A DNA stretch of 51,500 bases, the filler included, from Basidiobolus ranarum (taxonomy: Eukaryota): the NCBI GenBank assembly GCA_040143965.1. It is 3 parts of 3 records of this genome, joined end to end, with 100 filler letters (N's around TTAATTAATTAA, not from the genome) between each part and the next. Parts side by side here need not be neighbours in the genome. Positions count along the whole stretch, not along the records: positions 34,439 to 51,500 come from JASJQH010007192.1; 2 more parts are not named here. One strand, given 5' to 3'. This document shows, piece by piece, positions 49,210 through 51,500 of the stretch (positions are counted from its first letter, which is position 1; each line of letters opens with the position of its first letter). The notes under the pieces are model-generated. The model saw only the letters and a list, made by a program, of their open reading frames with translations, ran no database searches and was not told the DNA's origin. A program made the position numbers and the translations under genes.

Positions 49210-51500
49210 GGTCTCCCTTGGGATTCCCACAGATTACCTGAATCATCTATTTTGGTCAGGCTCGAGGGATTCCCAGGGAGAATGTGTATATACATACTGT
49301 CCTTTTGAATCTCTACTTTTTTTCTCAATCACGTAGATTAATTTATTTATTCTACCTGATTATCGGTTCCTTATTCAATCCTCATTTTGATGATTGATGC
49401 TATTTGGATTTACTTTAATTAGCGCTCTACGTTCGCTTGTCTGAGGTTAATATCCTCAGATTTCTTTGTCACATCATTGATCCTTGTTTAACTTTTGGTT
49501 CCTCTTTCTCTGACGTTTTGCAATGTCGGAGTATTATTTGTTGTTTGTCTATTTTCTTTTTCGATTATCTGAACGTGATTTTATCAGGTTCTCGTCTTGA
49601 TTTAGAGCTCCCATGTCCACGTTATTTCATTTGTGAAATATGTGATACAGTACTCCCGTCATAATAACCACTCGCATACAATTGGTAGTGGTTAAAACAT
49701 GTATACCGGTGCAACAAGTTCGTGATAGAATTTGTTGACTCCTTCAACAACCCCCCTCCCTCAAATTTGACTTACCATTTCTGGATAACACATCAGAAAT
49801 TAGTTAGAGAAATAAATATTTTGTCTCCAGCTTGAGACGAAGTAACTCCATCGTAGTCAACAAAGTTGTTATTTTCCACATCATTTTGAGTTGGTAACAA
49901 TAGCAATGAAGACTAAGATTAGAAATGAACACACATCAGTGATTTAACGTTCGAGATATTTTTTCTTTGAGACTTGAAGGTTAATCTTCCGAGAAGTAGG
50001 TATACATATGTGTTGTTGTGTGAATGTATTAAGTGTTACAAGAACATCTTCCAAATATGAAACAGGAGCTATCACTCTAGCATAGACCATTGCATTGTTG
50101 GTGATTGCAGACAATGTGCTCATTGATTTAGTATACATTATATATATCACCTCTAGGAAAAGAAGCACATTGCTGACCTCAACTGTTGGGTAAATTGGAC
50201 ATTTTCATACTGGCTTAAAAGCTTTTGTGGTATATGCATCCACAGTTGGATTAGCAACAGGTGTCTTTACCAGGGTCGATTGGATACATTTATATATCTC
50301 GTCATGTATCCTATTTCATCAGTATAAGGATCGTCTTGATGTACTAATATGTATGCATGCAACATACTTGAATCACTATATTTATGAAACTTTTACATCA
50401 AGGCGTGCATTCATAAAGGATAGTAATATGAGCAACTCATCAGAAAACGTCATGCTATATTATACTCATCATGAGGTAATTCATCTAAAGAGGAGATTTC
50501 GCGATTGCCAGCAAATGGCACCTGAGTTAGGTCAGATGATATAGTAACTCGATCTACAGTGTTATTACGCAAACACTTGCTTCTAATAAACCAAAACTAC
50601 AGCCAAGTAATCCAACGATATCGAGGCATCAAGCCAATCCAAAACCACAGATTTGTAAAGCACGCTACTGACTTGATATAATACAATCGATTCCTCAATT
50701 TAAAAGATAACTCAGCACCTCTCCTAAAACATCGCCCCAGTGAGAATGTATGTTAACGAGCTAATAGGTGAGTTATTTTCGACTATCATTCATCAATGCA
50801 TACATTGAAACATGCGAGTTATATCGTCCAACCTAATTGCTTCACCCTCCACACAAGTATTACCAGACTCGTAATATATATGGTCTGGATTGCTTATTCT
50901 GCTTCGCAACGATGGAGATTGCTGACCGCCATGTCGAAAAGATCCGAGTTCACACGGAGGAGGCGTATGAACATCATATGGTTTGAATGGCATATTGATT
51001 ATATTTGACTTTCAACGCCTGACTAGTGTAATCCAAACAAACCTATTTTCTCATTTCCCTGAATGATTGAGGCGAATAGTGGCGAAAACAATCGATTAAT
51101 TAGGCTAACTTGTGAAAATTTGCACACTTTTTGGAAATTTCGAACTTGGGGCTGTTTACTAATAAGGTGGGTTGGAGATTTGAAAGTTCGATTGAATTGG
51201 CCTATTCTGAACCAGAGTTCACTCTGCTACTCCAAATTGAACTTATCAACTCAATTAGTAAGAGCATGTTCATTAAATCCATGGGATTATAAACTTGTTC
51301 AAGAGCATCCCGCATCCACACAATCTAGGCTGATTCGATAGAATGCATGCTCGACGTGTTTCTCTACAAGTTGATGGTCGCCACTTCTTCCTGGTTGTAA
51401 CCATCAAACGTTCGACTACCAGTTAAGAGCTTGCAACCAGAAATTTAGGGCGTGTGTGCCTTGATCCTTCCTCAACCTAACTCCTTTTGAGCATGTCTAC

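Noticed and set aside
49437-51341. Several short ORFs at the window end
   Set aside because: No motifs, mostly non-ATG starts; consistent with random ORFs.

Overview
AT-rich eukaryotic DNA with many short GT-AG introns (CTAAC-type branch points). Gene content points to an early-diverging fungus; a Zoopagomycota/Mucoromycota-like origin is inferred, not proven. Two 100-nt N-gaps carry an artificial TTAATTAATTAA spacer, so the window is three joined contigs. Contig 1 is a housekeeping block: a RibD-C-like reductase, a BAG6-like UBL protein, a FYVE protein, a small secreted protein, a THUMP methyltransferase, RPL12, RPN8, AP-3 sigma, RPL23 and ATP15. Contig 2 holds an intronless bacterial LysP-like permease, a sucrose/GPH transporter, a SKN7-GST-HSP31 stress trio, a U1 snRNA gene, and a 55-aa secreted inhibitor-cystine-knot (conotoxin-like) peptide gene that is absent from the ORF track. 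Contig 3 holds a PH-domain protein, a metallophosphoesterase, STE12 and a PNRC/Edc1-motif protein with a long hairpin just after its stop codon. A degenerate dispersed repeat occurs three times. All assignments come from manual translation and recalled motifs; no searches were run.
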